Source of the DNA: an uncultured Nitrososphaerales archaeon
Lineage (GTDB): Archaea; Thermoproteota; Nitrososphaeria; Nitrososphaerales; Nitrososphaeraceae
Assembly: GCA_963695855.1 (NCBI GenBank)
Contig: CAVOHZ010000002.1
Coordinates: 1 to 64,000 of the forward strand
Direction of reading: 5' to 3'
DNA: 64,000 bases
Each line of letters opens with the position of its first letter. The stretch's first letter is position 1. The notes under the pieces were generated by a model. The model did no database searches and was not told the origin of the DNA. It saw only the letters and a program-made list of their open reading frames with translations. A program made the position numbers and the translations under genes. Positions 55,506 through 64,000 of this stretch are shown in pieces.

Positions 55506-56156
55506 TTAATCCCATTTACTCCAGGCTGCCATCCATCTATAAGTCCAAGTATTTAGTTTAGCACCTAATGCCGCTATTGGGACACAAAGTACCGCGCCAG
55601 CTCCAGCACCTAAAGCCACCGGACTATTATAGAACTTACCGACCTGGGGTTCAACTGGTGTCATATACGGAGGCAACGTGGGCCGAGGATATTTGAATGC
55701 CATTTCTAACGGATCCTTTACCAGCAAGAGATTTATCATATTAAATACTGGAAGAGACATTCCTACTAGTGTTCCACCAATTAGAATTGCAGCATGTTTG
55801 TTTCTTCTTGTTGCCCAATATGTGAGGTCTAATAGCATTGCTGAAGGAATCCAAACTGGTACTACTATGAAATCATATGGATATCCCAAAGCGAACCATG
55901 CACCTTTTGCAACCCATGTGTATATAGTCATAATTGTAGCGTAGTATGTAGCTGTACCTGGAACTCCGGTGAAGAGCATGTAATAAATCGCTCCTACCAC
56001 AAGCATAGTAGATTGTGAAATAGAAAATACGACAAACGAAGTCCAAGCCCAATCGGTATAGAAGATATAGTCACCCGCATTGATTGTTAATAATGTACTG
56101 TTAACAGCAACGACCACTATGAATAGATAGTGCGTTGTACGTCGTAGCCAGACCAT
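55506..56156 (-). CDS. amoA: Ammonia monooxygenase subunit A
   Basis: MVWLRRTTHY...AGDYIFYTDWAW...WMAAWSKWD, 216 aa from ATG 56156. Confidence 0.98.
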   Translation of the reverse strand: MVWLRRTTHYLFIVVVAVNSTLLTINAGDYIFYTDWAWTSFVVFSISQSTMLVVGAIYYMLFTGVPGTATYYATIMTIYTWVAKGAWFALGYPYDFIVVPVWIPSAMLLDLTYWATRRNKHAAILIGGTLVGMSLPVFNMINLLLVKDPLEMAFKYPRPTLPPYMTPVEPQVGKFYNSPVALGAGAGAVLCVPIAALGAKLNTWTYRWMAAWSKWD

Positions 56157-56320
56157 TAACAACGTACGCATGACTGTTGTATATAAAATTTTATTTTTTT
56201 ATTTGAAATAATTTGTATCCAAATATACACTATTTAATCTATAATTTATGCATATTTATAGAAAATCTACAAGAAAATCGTATTATTAAAATAAAAAATT
56301 AAGGTTAATGATAAAATTGT

Positions 56321-56614
56321 TTATGGACGCATTGGTTTTTCGCCTGCAACTTTCATAATAAAGATAATTCCCAATACTTCTATGACAGTTAACACTGAAA
56401 ATGCAAACATTCCACTAGGTAAAGGGTATGCCCATGGATATACAGTTACACCAACATATATACCAGCTGCAGTAGCGACCCAACATAAAACAAAGCCCAT
56501 CATGAAAAGTGGTCTCATGTTTTCAACTCTACGTCCGATCATACGTTCTATTTCATCACGATTTCCACCAGCAATTCTTCCGCCACCGCTAGTAAATCCT
56601 TTTGGTAAAGTCAT
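56321..56614 (-). CDS. amoX: Ammonia monooxygenase subunit X
   Basis: MTLPKGF..GG, MIGRRVENM, two TMs with YPWAYP; directly upstream of amoA. Confidence 0.92.
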   Translation of the reverse strand: MTLPKGFTSGGGRIAGGNRDEIERMIGRRVENMRPLFMMGFVLCWVATAAGIYVGVTVYPWAYPLPSGMFAFSVLTVIEVLGIIFIMKVAGEKPMRP

Positions 56615-56806
56615 TTAATATGTATGTCTCAATCTACCTTTTTAAATTTTGCTATTTATTAATATTGTTTTTAATATAAAAAATGTGCATAAAATTGAGT
56701 ACAAATTTATGTTAATAACTTGTTTGCAGAAAGAATCATGGATTAGAGTTAAAGAAAAAACAGCAAAACATATATCCATGTTATTCATTTTCCCTACTAT
56801 ACGAAT

Positions 56807-57364
56807 ATGATGAAAAGTGCATTAGCTGTAACTATCGCCATAGTTTTTGTGATGTCCACTGCAGTTACCATTATTCCAATTAAAGATGCAGAAGGTCATG
56901 GTGTACAAGCTCAGCTTCAAAGTAGATTTGTAAGAATTCAAGATGAAGCATTTTCAGCACAAACATTGAAGACAGGTGAAGAACTGACTGTAACAGGAAC
57001 TTTACAAAGTCTAGTAAATAGACCACTTAGATCATGGATATCGCTCTTTAGCGAATCCACAAATGCAGGTAATAGGTGGGAATTCACATCAAGGGATCCA
57101 CCAGGAAATGTTTTTGAGATTCCACCTCAGGCTACAATTCCATACACAGTCACCGCAAAAGCTTTGGAACCGGGTATATACCACGTACATACACAGTTGA
57201 ACACAGCAACAGTTGGTCCAGGGTTGGGTCCAGGACAGACTGTGCAAGTAACTGGAGAAGCAATATTGAAACCAATTCCGTGGATGAACGTTTGGTATCA
57301 GGTAATAGTTATTGGTGCTGGATTAGGAGTAACTTTTGCGACTAGACCGTGGCAAGTAATTTAA
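56807..57364 (+). CDS. amoB: Ammonia monooxygenase subunit B
   Basis: Signal peptide, then HGVQAQLQSRF, YHVHTQLN and FATRPWQVI. Confidence 0.97.
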   Translation: MMKSALAVTIAIVFVMSTAVTIIPIKDAEGHGVQAQLQSRFVRIQDEAFSAQTLKTGEELTVTGTLQSLVNRPLRSWISLFSESTNAGNRWEFTSRDPPGNVFEIPPQATIPYTVTAKALEPGIYHVHTQLNTATVGPGLGPGQTVQVTGEAILKPIPWMNVWYQVIVIGAGLGVTFATRPWQVI

Positions 57365-57583
57365 AACAACCTATTTTTTTATTTTTTTATTTTTAAGATA
57401 TCTTTTTGTGTTTAGATTTTATTTCACGAATAATGGTCATAATTACCAACCATAAGGATTAATATTTCTATTGTACGCTTGTTACACTAGCTTAATGGTA
57501 CAATGCATTTTTTAATTATATCATTCAATTTTGTTAATAAATATTTTTTAAGAATTATATAGATAGATAATAATATTTTTTAT

Positions 57584-57955
57584 ATGTCATCTAAAAATTT
57601 AGAATTTGATATTATTTACGACAAAATTTTTTCTCTAGTTAACGAATTAAAAAATGATGGAATTGATGTTAAAATAAAGATGGAGAAGGAGTCTGGTTTC
57701 TTGGGATTATATACGTCCAATTTCAATATGTTAGGAAGTGCAAAAAATGGGTTAAAAGACATTCTAGAACTCTCTTATACAACAGCTGAGCATCATCCAT
57801 ATTGGAACATGCTTTATAATGCATCCGAAATAATAAACACAATTTTAGGTTCATGGGATATTGATTTTAGTGATGATCAAATAAAAGAGATGGTTTGGCG
57901 AAATAATGAAATAAGATATAATCTAACTAAATTAGAATCTGATAGTATTAAATAG
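57584..57955 (+). CDS. Conserved hypothetical protein
   Basis: 123-aa ORF with TTAEHHPYW motif. Confidence 0.65.
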   Translation: MSSKNLEFDIIYDKIFSLVNELKNDGIDVKIKMEKESGFLGLYTSNFNMLGSAKNGLKDILELSYTTAEHHPYWNMLYNASEIINTILGSWDIDFSDDQIKEMVWRNNEIRYNLTKLESDSIK

Positions 57956-58022
57956 CGACCAACTTTATTTATCAGTAGTGCATTAAACTTAATAGTATTA
58001 GAAATATGAAAATAATTACCCG

Positions 58023-58736
58023 ATGAAATGGTTTATCATTTTATTTGTTATTACACTTTCATTTTTAATAGTATTTAAATTTCTGTATTTTGAGAATTCA
58101 CTTCCATTCTTCAATTTATCTTCTCTGTTAGGAAATAATAACAATACCTCTTTTTATGTAAATGGTTCTCTGTTTTCATTGATAATATTAGGGGACCAAA
58201 ATCAAATAGAACATGATGACAGTATTTCCAATTTATTACCTTTCAAGACAAAGGAAAAAAATACCGATGTAGTTGATCTCGTTACATCCAGTCTAATGGA
58301 CATACTCATAAATCAGGAGTCAAAGTTTACGTTAGATGAATTACTTCCAAATTCTGAAATAGCGGATAATAAAAATTATAATAATATGGAAAAGTTGTTG
58401 ATTCTTAATGGTAGTTGGATCTTAGATGTAAAAAATGGAGAAATAATCTCTTTCACTGCCAAGATATCTAAAATTTCTAAAGATGGAATTTTTCCTCATA
58501 CGTACGAAATTCTTAATTTCATAGACGAAACTGATACTCCAATACGATTGTCAGAAACTGAAAATAATATCATAAAAGGCAAAGCACAGATAATTACCCC
58601 AAATGACATCATCAATGTTGATCTCTATTTGATTTTACAAAGAAATACAATTAGTATTATTTTACAACCAAAAATAATAGATGATGATTATCTAGGGCAA
58701 CCAATATACGGATTGACCGACTATATTAGAACTTAA
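58023..58736 (+). CDS. Membrane-anchored hypothetical protein
   Basis: N-terminal TM; G.W.L.V..G...F.A...DG...H...QPIYG pattern. Confidence 0.6.
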   Translation: MKWFIILFVITLSFLIVFKFLYFENSLPFFNLSSLLGNNNNTSFYVNGSLFSLIILGDQNQIEHDDSISNLLPFKTKEKNTDVVDLVTSSLMDILINQESKFTLDELLPNSEIADNKNYNNMEKLLILNGSWILDVKNGEIISFTAKISKISKDGIFPHTYEILNFIDETDTPIRLSETENNIIKGKAQIITPNDIINVDLYLILQRNTISIILQPKIIDDDYLGQPIYGLTDYIRT

Positions 58737-59030
58737 TTAATTTTCCTCATCGTATATCATAAATTTTTATATTTTTATATCGTAACTTTGAATTGCTCAA
58801 AATAATTATTTATATTATTTTGCTATTTTATAAAAGTCGTTATCAAGATTGTGACTCTCATCAGAAATAAATTTCTATCGTTTGTCTATGCTTGATAATA
58901 ATCATGTATATAATATTATAATTATAATATTGACTATTATCCAAAAAACATATCAAAATAATAATCCTTGAATTAATGCTATATTTAAAAACTAAACCTA
59001 TAATAGATGCTTTTTTAATAATTTTAAAGC

Positions 59031-60002
59031 ATGACTATATCTCTTGTGGCAACCGAATTAGAGCCCAAGGGCCTTAAATTCAAGAATTTAAAAAATGGAC
59101 AGTCAGTTCAAGGAACAACACTAGTAAAACGAGGCTTTGCTCATATGCAAAAACACGGAGTAATCATGGATGTCACTACAGTAGAACAAGCACATATAGC
59201 AGAGGATGCCGGAGCCGTAGCGGTTATGGTTCTAGATAAATTACCATATGATGTCAGAAAGGTCGGAGGAGTAGCAAGAACTGCCAGTATAAAAATTATA
59301 GAAGAGATAATGGATGAAATTACAATTCCAATCATGGCTAAATGTAGAATAGGCCATATTTCAGAGGCAAGGATGTTAGAAGCTGTTGATGTAGATATGA
59401 TAGATGAGAGCGAGGTCCTTACTCCGGCAGATGAGGAAAATCATATCTGGAAATGGGATTTTACTACTCCATTTGTTAATGGTGCAAAGAATCTTGCAGA
59501 AGCTTTACGTCGAATAGAAGAAGGAAGTTCTATGATTAGAACAAAAGGAGAACCAGGAACAGGAAATATAGCAGAGGCAGTTAGACATATAAAAAATGTA
59601 AATAGTGATATTAGAAAAGTAAATTCTATATTCCAGAGAAACGATGATCTTCAATTAATTAGTTTTGCGCGAGACTTAAAAGTTTCATACACGTTAGTTA
59701 AAGAAACCGCAAGACTTTGTAGGCTACCTGTTGTAAATTTTGCAGCTGGAGGTATAGCTACACCTGCAGATGCTGCTTTAGTTATGAACTATGGTTGTGA
59801 TGGTGTTTTTGTAGGTTCAGGTATTTTTAAGGCAGAAGACCCAGACCAGCGAGCTAGAGCAATCGTTCTAGCTACAACCTATTACGACGATCCAAAAATC
59901 GTAATGGAAGCTCAAAAAATGGTTGATGAAAGAAAATCTCTTTTAGGTTTAGATACAAAAAACCTTGAATTACGAATGCAAGAAAGAGGTCCATCAATTT
60001 GA
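59031..60002 (+). CDS. pdxS: Pyridoxal 5'-phosphate synthase lyase subunit
   Basis: [20 protein letters not shown] and [13 protein letters not shown] motifs. Confidence 0.96.
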   Translation: MTISLVATELEPKGLKFKNLKNGQSVQGTTLVKRGFAHMQKHGVIMDVTTVEQAHIAEDAGAVAVMVLDKLPYDVRKVGGVARTASIKIIEEIMDEITIPIMAKCRIGHISEARMLEAVDVDMIDESEVLTPADEENHIWKWDFTTPFVNGAKNLAEALRRIEEGSSMIRTKGEPGTGNIAEAVRHIKNVNSDIRKVNSIFQRNDDLQLISFARDLKVSYTLVKETARLCRLPVVNFAAGGIATPADAALVMNYGCDGVFVGSGIFKAEDPDQRARAIVLATTYYDDPKIVMEAQKMVDERKSLLGLDTKNLELRMQERGPSI

Positions 60003-60628
60003 GTGAAATAAACATAGGTGTACTCGGCTTTCAAGGTGACATAGAGGAAAATATTATTTCGACAAAGGAGGCATTAAAGAATATGGATTTAAATGGAATA
60101 GTACAATCAATCCGTCATCCAGAATCAATTGAAAATTTGGATGGTTTGATATTACCTGGGGGAGAAAGTACTGTTATCGGAAATTTAGTTTGTCTTAATA
60201 ATGGTCAAATGTTTCAAACAATAAAAAAACGAGTTTCAGAAGGACTACCAATTATGGGTACATGTGCAGGTTTGATCATGTTATCCAAAAGGGCATACGA
60301 TAAAGTTGTTGGGGAAACAAGACAACAGTTATTGCAAGTATTGAATGTTGTTGTAGAACGAAATGCATTTGGAAGACAACATAATTCCTTTGAAATGAAT
60401 CTTGAAATCCCAGTCTTGGGAAAGACGCCTTTCAAAGGAATCTTTATCAGGGCTCCAATAATTACTGATATACAAGATAATGTTAATATTATTTCCTCAT
60501 TTGATGATAAAATAGTGGCAGTAAACCAAGATAATATTCTTGCCACCTCTTTTCATCCAGAATTATCATCTGATAGTAGAATGCATGAATTATTTGTAAA
60601 AAAAGTTTTTGGCTTTAAAAAAACCTAA
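59999..60628 (+). CDS. pdxT: Pyridoxal 5'-phosphate synthase glutaminase subunit
   Basis: QGD, PGGEST, GTCAG, RNAFGRQ and FHPEL motifs. Confidence 0.96.
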   Translation: MSEINIGVLGFQGDIEENIISTKEALKNMDLNGIVQSIRHPESIENLDGLILPGGESTVIGNLVCLNNGQMFQTIKKRVSEGLPIMGTCAGLIMLSKRAYDKVVGETRQQLLQVLNVVVERNAFGRQHNSFEMNLEIPVLGKTPFKGIFIRAPIITDIQDNVNIISSFDDKIVAVNQDNILATSFHPELSSDSRMHELFVKKVFGFKKT

Positions 60629-60651
60629 AAATTGATTTGTTAAAATGCAAA

Positions 60652-60769
60652 TGCGGGGGGTGGGATTTGAACCCACGAACCGCTAAAGGACGGGATCCCA
60701 CATTTTTTTGATCTTAAGTCCCGCGTCTCCAAATTGTTTTTTTATTTGGCCAGGCTCTACAACCCCCGC
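60652..60769 (-). tRNA. tRNA-Leu(TAA) with D-arm intron and canonical intron
   Basis: GCGGGGG...CGGGA-CT-TAA-G[16 nt]A-TCCCG, variable arm, GTGGG-TTCAAAT-CCCAC-CCCCCGC-A. Confidence 0.87.
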
Positions 60770-60860
60770 CTGTATTGCAAGTCGGCTAATCCTGATATTA
60801 AACCTTACAATAATAATTAAAAATCTAATTACAGACTTTATAATATAATTCTATTTGATT

Positions 60861-61313
60861 TTATGGAAATGGTACAGCATTAAATGGTAGAATAAAAGGA
60901 ACATCATTATTTTTATCTTCAGCATCTTTATCTTCAGCATCTTTATCTTCAGCATCTTTATCTTCAGCATCGTCACTTTCAAATAATTCATGTAATGAAA
61001 TATCTTCGTCGTCATTCTTTCCATCATTTTCATCCTTGCTACCTCCATCATCCTTGCTACCTCCATCATCCTTGCTACCTCCATCATCCTTGCTACCTCC
61101 ATCATCCTTGCTACCTCCATCATCCTTGCTACCTCCATCATCCTTGCTACCTCCATCATCCTTGCTACCTCCATCATCCTTGCTACCTCCATCATCCTTG
61201 CTACCTCCATCATCCCCTTCACCATATGCTAAATTGTTAAATAACGAAATATCGAAACCAACTAATAGTAATAAACTTACGAATAATGAAAGATATATTT
61301 TTTTTCTAATCAA
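60861..61313 (-). CDS. Secreted acidic low-complexity repeat protein
   Basis: Signal peptide, (DDGGSK)x10, (DAEDK)x4 and C-terminal PFILPFNAVPFP. Confidence 0.7.
   Translation of the reverse strand: MIRKKIYLSLFVSLLLLVGFDISLFNNLAYGEGDDGGSKDDGGSKDDGGSKDDGGSKDDGGSKDDGGSKDDGGSKDDGGSKDDGGSKDDGGSKDENDGKNDDEDISLHELFESDDAEDKDAEDKDAEDKDAEDKNNDVPFILPFNAVPFP
60912..61215. repeat. Coding tandem repeats: 4 x 15 bp (60912-60971) and 10 x 18 bp (61031-61210)
   Basis: TTTATCTTCAGCATC x4; CATCCTTGCTACCTCCAT x10. Confidence 0.95.
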
Positions 61314-61480
61314 TTATAGTACGAATGATCATAATATTTCAGATTATATTAGGCTTAAGTAAGGTATTACTATATCATAATACTGGTATATTTCATGGAA
61401 TTTATTTCTATACAAAACTTTCATGATATTGTTTGTAATCAAATAACCATGATGAAATTATTTATGAACATTTCAGAATA

Positions 61481-61771
61481 CTAACCTATCCGTTTCATTT
61501 TTGAACCACATTTTGGACACATTAGATTATTATGTTTTGTATCACACATCATACAATAATAATTTACTTTATTAGAATCAAACATTGAAAAATTATCTAC
61601 TTTAAATCTTGTCATTTCTCTTCTTCGTATATATATACTAAGAATTAAAACTATTGAAACGATAACTATTAAAGAATAAGGAAAAGGTACTATCATTGAG
61701 ATAATAAAACTTATTACAAAATATATTGCAATCCATTTTAGTTGTTGGTATAAAAAATTTTTATTATTCAT
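61481..61771 (-). CDS. Small membrane protein with C-terminal Zn-ribbon
   Basis: Two TMs, then CMMC...CPKCGS. Confidence 0.75.
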   Translation of the reverse strand: MNNKNFLYQQLKWIAIYFVISFIISMIVPFPYSLIVIVSIVLILSIYIRRREMTRFKVDNFSMFDSNKVNYYCMMCDTKHNNLMCPKCGSKMKRIG

Positions 61772-61887
61772 TAATTAAATTAATACTAAGTGATATAAAT
61801 AAATTTTATAAATATATACAATTTGAATGTTTTACCAAACTATTTATTAATAGAAAGAGAAATCGTAAACAGTGTTAAATTTAATAA

Positions 61888-62730
61888 ATGATTGATATTA
61901 CTTTAGGTCATACGCCAGATTCAGACGATGCTTTTATGTTCTACGGCTTAGCAAGTGGAAAAGTTGATTCCAATGAATTCCGTATTGCTCATGTCATTGA
62001 AGATATAGAAAAACTCAACAAACGTGCGGTTAAACACGAGTTAGATATTACTGCTATCTCGGTTCATGCCTATGCTTTCTTGAAGGAGTATGTAATATTA
62101 AGAAGTGGGGGCAGTTTTGGAATAAACTATGGTCCTATTATACTTGCAAAAAAATATTTTTCTCAAGAAGAATTAACTACAAAAACAATCGCAATTCCGG
62201 GAAAAATGACTTCAGCATATCTATTGCTATCTCTCTTTCTAAATAATTTGAATCTAAATAATTTCAACGTAAAAGAAATACCATTTCATTTAATTCCTGA
62301 CGCAATAATTAATAACGAAGTTGATGCAGGCGTTGTAATTCATGAAATACAAATAGCATATGAACATTTAAAACTTTGTAAAATTATTGATCTGGGCGTG
62401 TGGTGGCATAATATAACGAATGGTTTACCAGTTCCATTAGGTATCAACGTTGCAAGTAATAAATCTTTAACATTAAGACAAATACGAGAATTCGATACTT
62501 TGTTTAAAAAATCTATTATTTACGGTCTTAATAATATGGAAGAAACTCTAAACTACGCAATGAAATATGGAAGAGGACAAGCACAAAATATGATCTCAAA
62601 ATTTGTTAATATGTACGTGAACGAGGTCACAATTGATATGGGGGATAAGGGGAAACAAGCAATTGAAAAGGTCTTTGATCTAGCTATTGAAAAACATATT
62701 TTATCGCCATTCTCTGTGTATTTTGCATGA
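61888..62730 (+). CDS. mqnD: 1,4-dihydroxy-6-naphthoate synthase (futalosine pathway)
   Basis: GHTPDSDDAFMF, IHE, LPVPLG and MYVNE motifs. Confidence 0.88.
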   Translation: MIDITLGHTPDSDDAFMFYGLASGKVDSNEFRIAHVIEDIEKLNKRAVKHELDITAISVHAYAFLKEYVILRSGGSFGINYGPIILAKKYFSQEELTTKTIAIPGKMTSAYLLLSLFLNNLNLNNFNVKEIPFHLIPDAIINNEVDAGVVIHEIQIAYEHLKLCKIIDLGVWWHNITNGLPVPLGINVASNKSLTLRQIREFDTLFKKSIIYGLNNMEETLNYAMKYGRGQAQNMISKFVNMYVNEVTIDMGDKGKQAIEKVFDLAIEKHILSPFSVYFA

Positions 62731-63004
62731 GGCAAAATGTTCTTTTCATTATCATAAAATCGAGACAGATCATAATCTGAACACTATTGAATAAGAGTTT
62801 ATCATTAATGTAATCAGTTTCGGCTTTTGCTTATACAAATTCTCTATTTTTACAGGTTTCACAAAAACTAGATCCAAAGATTGGATGATATAAATTTGAA
62901 CATTTATTTTCTTTCTATTTTATTATCGTACTAATAACATACAAGTTATATAAAAAAAATGTAACTTACCATCAATCTTTCTTATTGTTTAATAAAATAT
63001 TAAG

Positions 63005-64000
63005 TCAGTAATTCTTTATAATATTAAAAAATGTATCTCTCTGAGCTGGTTGTCTATTTACCTCTCTAACCAAACTCGCTAATTCTTCCATAGAAGTACC
63101 ACTATTCTTTCCTGCTGCACGAAAGATTTCTTCTGAAAATGCAGTACCAACAAAATCATTTCCACCATATGATAATGCAACTTGAGCTATTTTTTTTCCT
63201 AATGCTACCCAATAAACAGAAATATTGTTTAAAGTATTTGCTAATAAAAGTCTTGATATTGCAATAACCCTAAGATCATATACAGATGAACTTTCTATTT
63301 TAATTTCTCCATTTTTTTCGATTTCAGTATTATCTAAACTAAATTTTAGCGGAATAAAGGTGTTAAATCCACCGGTTTTTTTATGTAGATCTCTTATTTT
63401 AATAATATGATCAACAATATGTTCTGGTTTTTCAATATGACCAAAAAGCATAGTGGAATTAGTTTTTAACCCAACTTCATGAGCCTGTCTAGCGGTATCT
63501 AACCACTCTTCGCCTGAACATTTCCCTCTTACAATTCTATTCCTAACCTCAGGACTGAAAATTTCTGCTCCGCCACCGGGAAGTGCATCCAAACCAGAAC
63601 TTTTTAATCTATTTAGTATTTCCTTAACTGAATTTTTTGTTAATTTAGATATAAAAAAAATTTCTGCAGGTGTTAATGCTTTAATCGTGACATTAGGAAA
63701 TTCATTTTTAATACTTTTTATCATTTTTTCGTAATAATCAAGTCCAAGTTTTGGGTGAAATCCTCCAACTATGTGTAATTCAGTTACTCCCATTTGTTTA
63801 ATAGCTACTCTAGCACGTTCAACGACCTGTTCAGTTGTAAGAGTATACGCATCATCCTCACTTCCCTTTCTATAAAATGCACATAGGGGACAGCTTGCAA
63901 TACAAACATTAGTGTAGTTTAGATAATATGATGATGTAAATGTAACAATATTCCCATTTTTTTTCTTTCGGATAATATCAGCAGCTGAACCCAATAAGAA
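63005..64000 (-). CDS. mqnE: CofH-family radical SAM protein, probably aminofutalosine synthase (5' end outside window)
   Basis: NVCIASCPLCAF, PGGGAEI, TMLFGHIE and YWV motifs; next to mqnD. Confidence 0.75.
   Translation of the reverse strand, partial: FLLGSAADIIRKKKNGNIVTFTSSYYLNYTNVCIASCPLCAFYRKGSEDDAYTLTTEQVVERARVAIKQMGVTELHIVGGFHPKLGLDYYEKMIKSIKNEFPNVTIKALTPAEIFFISKLTKNSVKEILNRLKSSGLDALPGGGAEIFSPEVRNRIVRGKCSGEEWLDTARQAHEVGLKTNSTMLFGHIEKPEHIVDHIIKIRDLHKKTGGFNTFIPLKFSLDNTEIEKNGEIKIESSSVYDLRVIAISRLLLANTLNNISVYWVALGKKIAQVALSYGGNDFVGTAFSEEIFRAAGKNSGTSMEELASLVREVNRQPAQRDTFFNIIKNY

Noticed and set aside
56157-56171. N-terminal extension MRTLL on AmoA
   Set aside because: Archaeal AmoA starts MVWLRR, so the upstream ATG is most likely in the leader or promoter region.
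60851-61362. ORFs (MMEVAR)n, (LHHPCY)n and (LLPPSS)n
   Set aside because: These are alternative-frame shadows of the 18-bp repeat; only the DDGGSK frame has a signal peptide and a coherent tail.

Overview
AT-rich chromosomal segment of an ammonia-oxidising archaeon (Nitrososphaerota, most likely Nitrososphaeraceae), judged from amoA-amoX/amoB, candidate amoY/amoZ and multi-intron tRNAs. Positions 1-4.5 kb are one end of a decaying integrative element: a tyrosine integrase reading out of tRNA-Ser(CGA), a wHTH regulator split by an in-frame stop, and a frameshifted replication-like gene. The rest is mostly core genes: Hel308, CBS-TrkH, a pst/phoU cluster lacking pstB, ilvE/ilvD/leuCD, tiaS, thrC plus a MoaD-ThiF fusion, tgtA, psmB, serS-pcc1-DHH-rps15, korAB, pdxST and mqnD/mqnE. 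Four tRNA genes each appear to carry two introns. Mobile debris includes one intact IS5-like element, two near-identical inverted copies of a decayed IS6-derived element, and IS110 and other transposase scraps. No CRISPR or rRNA was seen, and I cannot claim a clearly new system. The best leads are a shared motif upstream of the phosphate genes, the non-canonical pstC start, the integrase/tRNA overlap and the non-autonomous IS6 derivative. All calls come from reading motifs; no database searches were run.
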